Below, piece by piece: positions 10,665 to 20,128 of a stretch of 64,000 nt of DNA. The DNA comes from an uncultured Candidatus Saccharibacteria bacterium. GTDB taxonomy: Bacteria > Patescibacteriota > Dojkabacteria > SC72. The notes beneath the pieces were generated by a model. The model was given only the letters and a program-made list of their open reading frames with translations. It did no database searches and was not told the origin of the DNA. A program made the translations under genes and the position numbers. The stretch covers positions 184,035-248,034 of the forward strand of contig CAZSUV010000001.1 of assembly GCA_964610125.1 (NCBI GenBank). Reading direction: 5' to 3'. How positions within the stretch are numbered: position 1 is the first letter of the stretch; each line of letters begins with the position of its first letter.

Positions 10665-12623
10665 ATGAAGAACTTTATACTAAAAAACAAGCTCAGATTG
10701 ATATCCTTTAGCGCAGTATTAGGGTTATTGGCTATATCAGTCTTGATAGGAATACTCGTTCCATCAATTAAGTTCTTTGAGTTAGTGCCGCTCGCAATTC
10801 TTTTGGGATTTGGATTAACTAGTTTCTTAAAGAAGGTATTGCCAATTAGGAATATTTTGTCATTCATTTCTATATCAATATTTCTAGGATTGTTTTTAAA
10901 TACATTTGTGATATTTTTGCTTGGAACCCTTGGATTGAATATTGGCATGCCACTTCTGATCTTCTATATCCCAGTAATGATTATTTTAAATATAGTTCTA
11001 TTCTTTCGCTTTAACACAGAAGAGGAGCTATCTGGATATTTTAAGAATACAAAGTTAGAAGTTATCGATATCATATGGATTGTTATTCTTACAGTTCTGT
11101 TCTTGATGTTTGCAGGTACATGCTTAGAGAGATTCTATTTCCTTTGGGATGGGTTTACATTCTGGGTATTGGACGCGAAGTATATCTTTGAGAATCAACA
11201 TCTTAGAGATGGAAGCTTCATATTGTTAAACAACAACTATATGTCTTTCTTCTCACTACAGATTAACTATGTGTATTTGATATATGGCAAGATTGTTGAG
11301 CAAACCGCAGGTTTACTAAATTTGATGTATGCATATACCGGTATAATGTTGATATTCAGTTATCTCATTGAGATTAAGAAAAGTAATATCAAAAAAATAT
11401 TAATCTATTTAGGAATATTAGCTGCTTTGTATGCGTTCTTCACAGTCCACTATCTATTAATGTCTGTATATTCTGATGTATTTCTTTCGGTTGTTGTACT
11501 TTTCTATGCTTTGATTCTTTTCAACAAAGAATTTAAAGAAAAGTACTATTGGCAGAGATTTTTACTTCTTGTTATTCTATCCGCAACTATATATTTAACA
11601 AAGACGCACTTCTTCATCTTCTCATTATTCCTACTTGGATTCTTGTTTGTATATGATTTCAAATATCTATGGAGTAAGGTAAAAAATATAACTAAGGATT
11701 ATTGGTTTGTATTTGTAATAGTTCTTTTGGCATTGATAGCCTTAGTCGTTTTTGAATATGCTAAATCAATATCGAATGAATCTTCTTTTGTCCAAAGTGT
11801 ATCCAGTGGTTTTGTATTAGATAAGTCTATACTCACAAATATTAAAAGTGTCGTAAAAGGATTGATATTAAATATCCCATTAGTTGTTGCAGTTATTGCT
11901 TTCTATCTTCCTGTCGCATTCCTCGTTAAGAAGGGTTTCAATTGGCAGGATTTTGTAAAAATAGCATTTCTTGGCTTGTTAGTATCATTTACTTTTGTAG
12001 TATATATTCTTGGTATCTACCCAATATCTGATGGGAGCATGTACAGATATCTAGGCTTAGCATATTTAGCTTTGCCATTCTTGTTCATTGATATTCTTCC
12101 AGATTTCAATATTGAGCGTAAGTGGCAAGAAATCCTAACTATTTTAGTTATGCTTGGATGTGTAGGATTAATATTTGTCCAACTATGTTTCCATATTGGT
12201 GTAGATCTTAAATTTACACCTAACTCTGGTGCATATGTTGAATCCGAAGCTCACAAAGAATATGCGGACATTGTTGATGAAGTGAAAGAGATTGTACCTG
12301 AAGATCAAAGTATTATGATTGCATCATATGGTGTTGCTGGACCAACGATAACAGATAACTTTCCTCCTGGATTTTTCTTGAGATACTATTTAATGGAATA
12401 CAATGAAACCGTTGCATATTACTGTGCTCCTGCAGATTGCTTGCCATATTTCCTTACTCAAAAACCAGACTATTTACTCATATATTCCTACAGTGATTTT
12501 TGGCCTGCATGCAGTGGTGTATTGGAAAACAAAAAATCGTATTTAATCAAATTTGATTTTACACAGGAAGAACTGAATAGTGGGAAATGTCTGGCAGATG
12601 AAAATAACACAAGAGTTTTGTAA
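10665..12623 (+). CDS. Large polytopic membrane protein, candidate GT-C-fold glycosyltransferase (YfhO/ArnT-like)
   Basis: 652 aa with at least 12 hydrophobic helices over aa 1-500 and a soluble C-terminal domain. Divergent from the GT2-DUF2304 pair. No soluble catalytic motif recognised. Confidence 0.5.
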   Translation: MKNFILKNKLRLISFSAVLGLLAISVLIGILVPSIKFFELVPLAILLGFGLTSFLKKVLPIRNILSFISISIFLGLFLNTFVIFLLGTLGLNIGMPLLIFYIPVMIILNIVLFFRFNTEEELSGYFKNTKLEVIDIIWIVILTVLFLMFAGTCLERFYFLWDGFTFWVLDAKYIFENQHLRDGSFILLNNNYMSFFSLQINYVYLIYGKIVEQTAGLLNLMYAYTGIMLIFSYLIEIKKSNIKKILIYLGILAALYAFFTVHYLLMSVYSDVFLSVVVLFYALILFNKEFKEKYYWQRFLLLVILSATIYLTKTHFFIFSLFLLGFLFVYDFKYLWSKVKNITKDYWFVFVIVLLALIALVVFEYAKSISNESSFVQSVSSGFVLDKSILTNIKSVVKGLILNIPLVVAVIAFYLPVAFLVKKGFNWQDFVKIAFLGLLVSFTFVVYILGIYPISDGSMYRYLGLAYLALPFLFIDILPDFNIERKWQEILTILVMLGCVGLIFVQLCFHIGVDLKFTPNSGAYVESEAHKEYADIVDEVKEIVPEDQSIMIASYGVAGPTITDNFPPGFFLRYYLMEYNETVAYYCAPADCLPYFLTQKPDYLLIYSYSDFWPACSGVLENKKSYLIKFDFTQEELNSGKCLADENNTRVL

Positions 12624-12626
12624 TTT

Positions 12627-13496
12627 CTAAATCCTAATCCAATCTTCTGGAATAATCCCCTTGTTTATCCCATCTCCATCTCTTAACCATCTCTTTGGTG
12701 CAATTACCATCTTTCCTTCATTTTGATTTAACCATGCTCCCCACCACGAAAAACTGCTATTCGCTATTATATTGTGTCTACATTTACTCATTAGAGACAT
12801 CTCCTGAGCTCCAATCAATTCTGGAGAAGAAACATAGATAACTTTGTAGTCATTTAGGAATGGCATATTTTCTTTAACCCAATCAATATCATCAGAGAAC
12901 ACATATAGGTTAATTTCATCTAGTCGATCGCTTAAGAATTTACAAGCATCTTCGTAATATGAATTATTTAATACCCCATGATGTTTGTTTGCACCAGGGT
13001 TAGTAATGTAGTCTCCTCTTCTAATATGCACTGATACTGAATCCTCATCTCTTGATATCTCGTTAGCAATCCTTAAGAAATCTTTCGTCTCATATTCATT
13101 CTTGAGCTGAAACTCAGAAATAATCTGAGATGAGTATTTCTCAAAGTATTCTTGTTTTTGGAAATAGCCATCAAGATATATATTCTCTCCAAGATGTAAT
13201 GGATATTTAAGATAGTTTCTCCCAACTAAAAATGCATTTAATATATTCACAACATTTGAAATTACGGGAATGGGATATTTGACTAGATGTAAATCTCCCT
13301 GAGAGGCAATCTCATAATGGGTATTTAATCTGTCTAACAGGAATGGTCGTGGAGTCTCATTTGCAAAGCTATCTTGGTTATCAAAATGAGTAAGATCTAC
13401 TTTGTGTTTTGTATTTTTTTCTAACGAGAGAGCCAGTCCTGCTGCATATTGGAACATCTGGTTTCCAAGTCCACCTTTTAAATCTGTAATAATCAT
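12627..13496 (-). CDS. Glycosyltransferase family 11 (alpha-1,2-fucosyltransferase-like)
   Basis: N-terminal IITDLKGGLGNQMFQYAAGLALS is the GT11 signature motif I; about 290 aa as in bacterial FutC/WbsJ enzymes. Confidence 0.75.
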   Translation of the reverse strand: MIITDLKGGLGNQMFQYAAGLALSLEKNTKHKVDLTHFDNQDSFANETPRPFLLDRLNTHYEIASQGDLHLVKYPIPVISNVVNILNAFLVGRNYLKYPLHLGENIYLDGYFQKQEYFEKYSSQIISEFQLKNEYETKDFLRIANEISRDEDSVSVHIRRGDYITNPGANKHHGVLNNSYYEDACKFLSDRLDEINLYVFSDDIDWVKENMPFLNDYKVIYVSSPELIGAQEMSLMSKCRHNIIANSSFSWWGAWLNQNEGKMVIAPKRWLRDGDGINKGIIPEDWIRI

Positions 13497-13564
13497 TTTT
13501 CAATTGTATATGATATCCAGATTAAAAAGAAGAATAATCCATGTACATCTGGTAATATATACAT

Positions 13565-14758
13565 ATGCACATCATTATCGATGGAACTACAACCCAAGAC
13601 CAATTAGCATATGCAGGTATAGGGCAATATACCAAATCAATCATATTTGCATTAGTAAAAGCATTCCCCAATACTCAATACACCATACTTTTGTTTGATG
13701 AAAAGGTATCAACCCTGGAACCAGTAATTGAGGTATACAAAAATGTAACAATAGAGAGAATAGGGAAGTACAGACTGAACGATTACAAAAACGATATTGT
13801 TTACTTCACACAAATACTCCCAACAATTAACAGAGTAAAACAAAAAGATAGCATATATTACTGTCCTTACTTCTGGAGAAACTATCCATCATACTCAATG
13901 CCAACAGTACTCTTTGTACACGATATGAACCTCCCAATGTTCAATATGTACTCTCAACAAAGTAAGCTACACAACTTCATTAGAAAAATTCAATACTGGC
14001 TTACATTAAACAAATCAATGAAATGTGAATATATTGTTACTAACTCCCAAACCTCTCTAGATGATTTCCTCAAATACTACACTAAATATCCAAAGGAAAG
14101 GACATGCGTCTCATATCTAGGTGCAGATATGGAAGAGAAAGAAGTAGATATTTCTAATGTATTACCAAAAGATTACAAAGAAAAGAAATATGTAATATAT
14201 CTTGGCGGAGCACTCAACTGGACTAAGAACACAGATGGAGTCATAAAAGGATATGCAGAATTCTTGAAGCTATTAGATCCAAAACAAAAACAACCATATT
14301 TAGTAATCTCAGGAAAAATATTTAAGGATGAAAGTAAGAAAGAAGTACAAGAATTCCAGAGACTCATATCTGAGTTAGGAATTCAGGATAAGGTAATTTT
14401 TACAGGATTTTACAAAGATGAAGAAAAGTATTCCTTACTTAAAAATGCCTTTGCCTTTATGCATCTTGCACTCTATGAGGGCTTTGGAATATCTCCATTA
14501 GAAGCTATACGTGCTAAAACTCCAACAGTAATTCATGAGAGTAATGTATACAAAGAGGTATTTAAAGATATGGCAATATTTGTAAATGGAAAAGATCAAA
14601 AAGAAGTCGGAAAAACTCTTTACGACATATATACCAATCCAAGTAAGTACAAAGAAAGAGTTGAGAAAGCATATATTCTGTCTAAGAAGTACTCATGGGA
14701 GGAGACTGCCAAGAAAACACATAACGTATTTGAAATATTAAACAAAGAAAATGATTAA
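13565..14758 (+). CDS. Glycosyltransferase family 1 (GT4-type)
   Basis: EGFGISPLEAIRAKTPTVIHESNVYKEVF motif. Confidence 0.8.
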   Translation: MHIIIDGTTTQDQLAYAGIGQYTKSIIFALVKAFPNTQYTILLFDEKVSTLEPVIEVYKNVTIERIGKYRLNDYKNDIVYFTQILPTINRVKQKDSIYYCPYFWRNYPSYSMPTVLFVHDMNLPMFNMYSQQSKLHNFIRKIQYWLTLNKSMKCEYIVTNSQTSLDDFLKYYTKYPKERTCVSYLGADMEEKEVDISNVLPKDYKEKKYVIYLGGALNWTKNTDGVIKGYAEFLKLLDPKQKQPYLVISGKIFKDESKKEVQEFQRLISELGIQDKVIFTGFYKDEEKYSLLKNAFAFMHLALYEGFGISPLEAIRAKTPTVIHESNVYKEVFKDMAIFVNGKDQKEVGKTLYDIYTNPSKYKERVEKAYILSKKYSWEETAKKTHNVFEILNKEND

Positions 14759-15233
14759 TATATTACTTTACATACTACTAGGAATCATTGCTTTGGCTGG
14801 CCTTGTCCTAACCGTTATAAACCTTCCAGGTATCTGGCTCATCTTTGGTGCTACACTCGTAGCAGGAATAATGGATAAGTTCCAAAACCTAACACCACTC
14901 ATATTACTTATTCTCTTCTTCCTTTGCTTAGCTTCAACCTTTGCAGACAATATTGCTGCAGCATTAGGAGCAAAGAAATTCGGAGGAACAGGATGGGGAA
15001 TGGCAGGAGCAGTAATTGGAGGAATAGCCGGAATGTTCATTGGTGGTATATGGGGAATATTCTTAGGCCCACTTGTGGGAGCAGTGCTTTTTGAAATGCT
15101 TTTTGCTAAGAAAGATATGGCAACAAGCCTAAAAGCAGGTTGGGGAATGTTCATAGGAATACTGATAAGTATGATATTAAAACTAGGATTGAGTGTAGGC
15201 ATAATAATATTCACTATAACAAGGATAACTTAA
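14751..15233 (+). CDS. DUF456-family membrane protein
   Basis: Gly-rich TM protein with GAKKFGGTGWGMAGAVIGGIAGMFIGGIWG, characteristic of DUF456. Confidence 0.55.
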   Translation: MINILLYILLGIIALAGLVLTVINLPGIWLIFGATLVAGIMDKFQNLTPLILLILFFLCLASTFADNIAAALGAKKFGGTGWGMAGAVIGGIAGMFIGGIWGIFLGPLVGAVLFEMLFAKKDMATSLKAGWGMFIGILISMILKLGLSVGIIIFTITRIT

Positions 15234-15297
15234 TCCTTTTGAACTTCATCTCACATTGTGATAGATTAGGAACATTGTAATTTGAAATCCCATAAAT

Positions 15298-15969
15298 ATG
15301 ATAAAACTTCATAATATTAAAAAGAGCTATTTTCTCGGCAAAACCGAAATACCAGTATTAAGAGATATAGATTTAGAAATCCAAGATGGTGAATTTGTTG
15401 CCCTTATGGGCCCTTCTGGATCAGGCAAATCAACTCTCTTAGCCATACTCTCGTGTATAGATACACCAACATCAGGAGAATTTATGTTAGATAACAGAGA
15501 TATTGCAGGAGTAAGTGAAAACAATCTTGCAGATATTAGAAATAGAGAAATAGGAGTGGTATTTCAGGCATTCAACCTAATACCAAGTCTAAATGCATTA
15601 CAAAATGTAGAAGCACCCCTATTCGCATCATCAGTAAAAATCTCCAGAAAAGAAATTCGAGAAAGAGCTTTGGAAATGTTAGAAAAAGTCGGACTCTCAG
15701 ACAGAGCAAAGCACAGACCAGAAGAAATGTCCGGTGGTCAGCAACAGAGAGTAGCTATAGCTAGAGCATTAATTACAAATCCAAGACTATTAATTGCAGA
15801 CGAGCCAACAGGTAATCTTGATTCAACAACAGGTGAAAAGGTTTTGGATCTTTTCATAAAGTTACATAAGGAATTAGGTATAACCTTGATAATAGCGACA
15901 CATGACAAAAGCATTGCTTCAAAGGCAGATAGAACAATTAATATTGTTGACGGAAAAGTAGTATGTTAG
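15298..15969 (+). CDS. ABC transporter ATP-binding protein (MacB/LolD-type)
   Basis: Walker A GPSGSGKST, signature LSGGQQQRVAIARAL, Walker B LLIADEPTGNLD. Confidence 0.85.
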   Translation: MIKLHNIKKSYFLGKTEIPVLRDIDLEIQDGEFVALMGPSGSGKSTLLAILSCIDTPTSGEFMLDNRDIAGVSENNLADIRNREIGVVFQAFNLIPSLNALQNVEAPLFASSVKISRKEIRERALEMLEKVGLSDRAKHRPEEMSGGQQQRVAIARALITNPRLLIADEPTGNLDSTTGEKVLDLFIKLHKELGITLIIATHDKSIASKADRTINIVDGKVVC

Positions 15970-18437
15970 ATTTTGCATTCCACAAAATTATATCTTCCCT
16001 AAAATCATTGGGAATTACAGCAGTAATAATATCGTTAGCAGTATTCTTTTCTGCATTCTCATCAATGGCATTACTTACAATGTCGGATCAATTCTTGGGT
16101 GTTACAGTTAAAGATCCAGAGATAAGTTTTGGAGGAGATGTGACAGTAAATGCGGATAAAATTACCCTGGGAAAGTTAGAACTTGAACTACAAGATTTAA
16201 AAACTTCGGGAAAGATTACGCAGATGACTCAAAGAGGTCGAATATATGGAATCTCAGTACAAAGTAGCAAAGTTAAGGAATTGATGATGATGAACCTAGT
16301 AGGAATAAATGATAGTACATATCCATTGTACGGATATGTAAATGTAGAGGGTGGATTGTATAACAGTGTTAAAGAATTAAATACAATCTCAATATCTGAG
16401 GATTTAGCAACTAAACTAGAGGTTAATGTTGGGGATACCATACAGGTCTTACCTTCAAATATCTTTGAATCAAAATCTCTTAAAGTTGCAAGCATAATTG
16501 AGGATACAAATATTGGTGCAGGACAAGCATACGTCAATATGGATACCATGGATATGTTTGGATATTCAAGCAAAAGCCTATTAATTCGAGGAGAGGAGAA
16601 AGCAATCGAGGAAAAGCTTAATAGTTTCTTTACACCAGAAGATTCCGCTGGTATGTACCAGAGTCTTACAGGGTATATTGATAGCCAAAAGAAGAGCTCA
16701 CTCGCATATACACTAGTATTTAGAGGCTTGAGTATTCTCGGAATTTTCATAGGTAGTATGGGTATAGCGTCTTCTATGCAGGTAATCATATCGAGAAGAA
16801 AACGAGAAATTGGAATAATGAAAGCAATTGGGTATACAGAGAAAAATATAACTCTACTTTACCTTCTTGAACTTTTAGTTCTAGCATTGCCGGGTATACT
16901 TTTAGGCATTGTAGGTGGTTACTTCCTTTCAAGATATATATTGAATCTGTTTACTACTGTTGGCATTAATATTGCATTTGAAACTGCATTGAACTGGAAG
17001 GTTGCAGGGATTACATTCTTAGCTTCATTAGGATCTGCTTTAATATTTGGCTTCTATTCAATTTCTAAATTCGCATCCTTCAGTATTGTTGATGCATTGA
17101 GAGAAAATTCTAATGGTAAAGGAAAGGGTAAGTGGAAGAACTTTTTGTTAATAGCTATCATAGCAATATTGTTTGCAGGTATTAGTGTATTAATAACTGG
17201 GGACTGGAAATATGGATTAATAGCCGTTGGAGTTGCAGGTGCTGGAACTTTGATATTTAGTTTAATATTCCAATTCATATTCTGGTTAATTCTTCGATTA
17301 CCACTTAATACTGGAAATACATTTGAAATGGCATGGATTAACTTAAGGAATAGCTACAAGAAAAATATCTTAGCTGTGATGGCTATATTTATTGGTATAA
17401 CTGCAATTGGATTCATAATCTGTTTGATTAAAACAAGTAAAGAGGAAATGTCTTCTCAAACAATTGATCTAAAAAGTACTGTAAATGTTGTTTCTGTACG
17501 TGACTATGACTCCAATACTCAGTTGGTGGATGTGTTGAAAAACAACAGTTTAAATTATGAAATTGAGTATGTTAAGGTGCTCAGTATGGAGGAACCGCCA
17601 TATTTTTACAATGCATCTGGGAGAGATATTAGTGATAAATATTTAGATATAAATATTACTGAAGGGAGTTTAAAGGAAGGTAAATATGCAGTTATCCCTG
17701 ATAGCCTTAAGGAAGGTGGTATATATGCGATTGGTCAAATGATTTCAATTACTAATGTCGGAGATTTCGAAATTAGTGGTTACTACACTTCTAAGACACA
17801 ACAATCGAGTACTGAAGGTGGAATGAGCTATTCAATAATCCCTGATATGCCTGCTGTGATTGTTACGAAAACAACATTTATGCAATATTTTAAAGCAAAT
17901 GTAAAAGAGGTTGCACTAGTAGTGACAGATTCGAATACCGAAGAGAAGGCCGTTAACGTATTGAATGGTATCGATGGAAATGTTGTTCTAAGTACCAAAG
18001 CAACTGAGGATTACATGAATTCTATGTTTGATATGATTACTAAGATGGTATTTTCTGTCGCAGGATTAGCATTACTTGCGGGGGGTATCCTTCTACTTAA
18101 TTCTACATCATTGGAAATTATATCCAGAAAACGATCATTTGGATTACTAAAAGTTGTCGGCTTTATGAACAGACAAGTTAAAGCAATGCTCTTCTTAGAA
18201 TATGGATTGATATTCATAATAACCTTTGCAATATCTTACCTTACCGTATGGGGTGGGGTAACGATATTAAGTAAATACAGTGAACAAATATTTGGTTACA
18301 AATATACTATCTTGTTTGCTGGATCTGATGTTTTGTACCTTATGCTAGGTTTTGGAGTACTGATATTTGTATTAATATGGTCTGTAGCTATTAAATACCT
18401 AAATACGAGACCAGTTGAAGTCTTAAGATACGAATAG
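15963..18437 (+). CDS. ABC transporter permease, FtsX/MacB-like, with duplicated permease domains and large extracytoplasmic domains
   Basis: 824 aa. Two 4-TM FtsX-like blocks (aa about 260-400 and 700-820) separated by extracellular domains. Start overlaps the ATPase stop. Confidence 0.75.
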   Translation: MLDFAFHKIISSLKSLGITAVIISLAVFFSAFSSMALLTMSDQFLGVTVKDPEISFGGDVTVNADKITLGKLELELQDLKTSGKITQMTQRGRIYGISVQSSKVKELMMMNLVGINDSTYPLYGYVNVEGGLYNSVKELNTISISEDLATKLEVNVGDTIQVLPSNIFESKSLKVASIIEDTNIGAGQAYVNMDTMDMFGYSSKSLLIRGEEKAIEEKLNSFFTPEDSAGMYQSLTGYIDSQKKSSLAYTLVFRGLSILGIFIGSMGIASSMQVIISRRKREIGIMKAIGYTEKNITLLYLLELLVLALPGILLGIVGGYFLSRYILNLFTTVGINIAFETALNWKVAGITFLASLGSALIFGFYSISKFASFSIVDALRENSNGKGKGKWKNFLLIAIIAILFAGISVLITGDWKYGLIAVGVAGAGTLIFSLIFQFIFWLILRLPLNTGNTFEMAWINLRNSYKKNILAVMAIFIGITAIGFIICLIKTSKEEMSSQTIDLKSTVNVVSVRDYDSNTQLVDVLKNNSLNYEIEYVKVLSMEEPPYFYNASGRDISDKYLDINITEGSLKEGKYAVIPDSLKEGGIYAIGQMISITNVGDFEISGYYTSKTQQSSTEGGMSYSIIPDMPAVIVTKTTFMQYFKANVKEVALVVTDSNTEEKAVNVLNGIDGNVVLSTKATEDYMNSMFDMITKMVFSVAGLALLAGGILLLNSTSLEIISRKRSFGLLKVVGFMNRQVKAMLFLEYGLIFIITFAISYLTVWGGVTILSKYSEQIFGYKYTILFAGSDVLYLMLGFGVLIFVLIWSVAIKYLNTRPVEVLRYE

Positions 18438-19002
18438 AGTATTTAAATAGCTCTCTTGTGTCATAATTCAGAGATACATTTCCGAGAACATCTGTTTGAA
18501 CATATAGTGTCATATTTTCAAGATTGCTAGAATATATATTCTTTGGTTCATCAATCTCTTTCATATCTCCACTTTCTATGGATATCTCGTAGTAGTGTTG
18601 TTCTAGAAAATCCATTGCTGTCATCGCAATTATCTTGTCTCCTTTTAGTAATATCGGTCGTATAGTTGGAAAAAATCTTAATTCTTTCCCATCAATCGTA
18701 AATATCGTTGAAAACTCTTCCTTAGAATTGATTAAAAAATGCTCAATTCCACATAACACAATACCTTTGTTTCTATCCAATCCTACAAATTCATTTGGTT
18801 TCCTTGTACCAATATTCTCTAACGTTTTCTCAGCAATATCGTATTCAAATATATCTGCATCTTTTACAAAAATTACATGATCCATATCTTTCCAGATAAC
18901 CTGTTGGGGATTAACAATATTGGGTATCAACCCTCTGTGAGGTTGCCCAGAAATCAATTCAAAAGCCATACCAATTACTATGAGGAACTTGTCCATAAGC
19001 AT
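18391..19002 (-). CDS. Hypothetical protein
   Basis: 203-aa ORF with no recognisable motif. Tightly packed between the M23 peptidase and the convergent permease (46-nt overlap). Confidence 0.35.
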   Translation of the reverse strand: MLMDKFLIVIGMAFELISGQPHRGLIPNIVNPQQVIWKDMDHVIFVKDADIFEYDIAEKTLENIGTRKPNEFVGLDRNKGIVLCGIEHFLINSKEEFSTIFTIDGKELRFFPTIRPILLKGDKIIAMTAMDFLEQHYYEISIESGDMKEIDEPKNIYSSNLENMTLYVQTDVLGNVSLNYDTRELFKYSIRILRLQLVSYLGI

Positions 19003-19013
19003 ATAGTTTTAAA

Positions 19014-20060
19014 TTAAAATGTAGGATGTGGATTGTCTCCACTCAATCTCCCGGGATTAGACTTTGCATTCAAAGTAAGTACCTTACTCCAATCAGCAGC
19101 AATGTAATCCACAGGATTAACATGAGTACTCTGACTTCTTCCTAACCTTGTTTCAAAATGAAGATGATATGCCAAAGGTTGGCAATTCCAACTACCCGTA
19201 TTCCCAGATATCCCAAGGACATCACCTTTCTTGACCTTTTCCCCCACATCAATATATGTAGATTGAAGATGGAAGTAAGATGAATACATACCATTAGTAT
19301 GTTTAACCAAAAGATAGTTGCCACCAGACAAACATTCCCCATTGTAGCTATCCCATCCTTTGCCAATAATTTCACCATCACCAATAGCTAAGATTTCTTT
19401 CTGTGTAGCTCCAAAATCAATTCCCGTATGTGGCTTCTGAAACGCAGTATTTCCATGCCATTGTGTAACACCAATATATTCCTTGAAAGGAAATGAAAAT
19501 GGTTTTGAAAGCCCAGAAGTATTAACATTCCAAACCATGGGATCAGTAATATTTTCCTTAATAACTGTAGGAACACTTGTCTTCACCACAGGATTTAACT
19601 TTGTCGATGTTGTAGCTTTAACTTGTGTTTTTTGTACAACTGGAGTTGGAGTAGAGGTTACAGTGGAAGGAGTAGATTCAGAAATCGTAAAGGAATATAT
19701 AACGGTTGAAAGCACATGCTCACAAGGATTCTCCTCCTTTGGACAATATTTAACCCACCATAAAATATTGTTTCCAAATTCCTTGGGAACAGAATACATA
19801 AAACCTGTTCCATTGGTATTTGGGATTGAAATACTCACTCTAGGAAAATAATTCTGAGTAGAATCAATCACATTTCCAACATCTAACATATATGTGTACT
19901 CTTCATTTGGACTAGTATTCTTCCATTGGAAATTGATAACCCGTGTATCAACAGTAGAATTGTTTTGGGGAAAGATTCCACTTACTTCCGCCCAACACAT
20001 GGTTGGTAAAGTGAAAAAGCATATCAATGTAAATATGAGTATGGTAATATATCTCTTCAT
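19014..20060 (-). CDS. M23-family metallopeptidase with N-terminal signal/anchor and a Thr/Pro-rich linker
   Basis: HxxxD-type and HLHFE motifs (GNYLLVKHTNGMYSSYFHLQS, YHLHFETR). Signal-like MKRYITILIFTLICFFTLPTMCWA. The start was set at MKRY; the ORF-track start is 20162. Confidence 0.7.
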   Translation of the reverse strand: MKRYITILIFTLICFFTLPTMCWAEVSGIFPQNNSTVDTRVINFQWKNTSPNEEYTYMLDVGNVIDSTQNYFPRVSISIPNTNGTGFMYSVPKEFGNNILWWVKYCPKEENPCEHVLSTVIYSFTISESTPSTVTSTPTPVVQKTQVKATTSTKLNPVVKTSVPTVIKENITDPMVWNVNTSGLSKPFSFPFKEYIGVTQWHGNTAFQKPHTGIDFGATQKEILAIGDGEIIGKGWDSYNGECLSGGNYLLVKHTNGMYSSYFHLQSTYIDVGEKVKKGDVLGISGNTGSWNCQPLAYHLHFETRLGRSQSTHVNPVDYIAADWSKVLTLNAKSNPGRLSGDNPHPTF

Positions 20061-20128
20061 ACCCCAAATATACATAACAGAAATGAAATATTTCTGAAAA
20101 ATACAATACTTAATGATATAATCAGAAC

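Noticed and set aside
14768-15214. 148-aa minus-strand ORF
   Set aside because: Entirely antisense to the DUF456 gene; Gly-codon-rich complement. The plus-strand gene has a recognisable family motif.
16229-16789. 186-aa minus-strand ORF
   Set aside because: Antisense within the FtsX permease gene; no motif.
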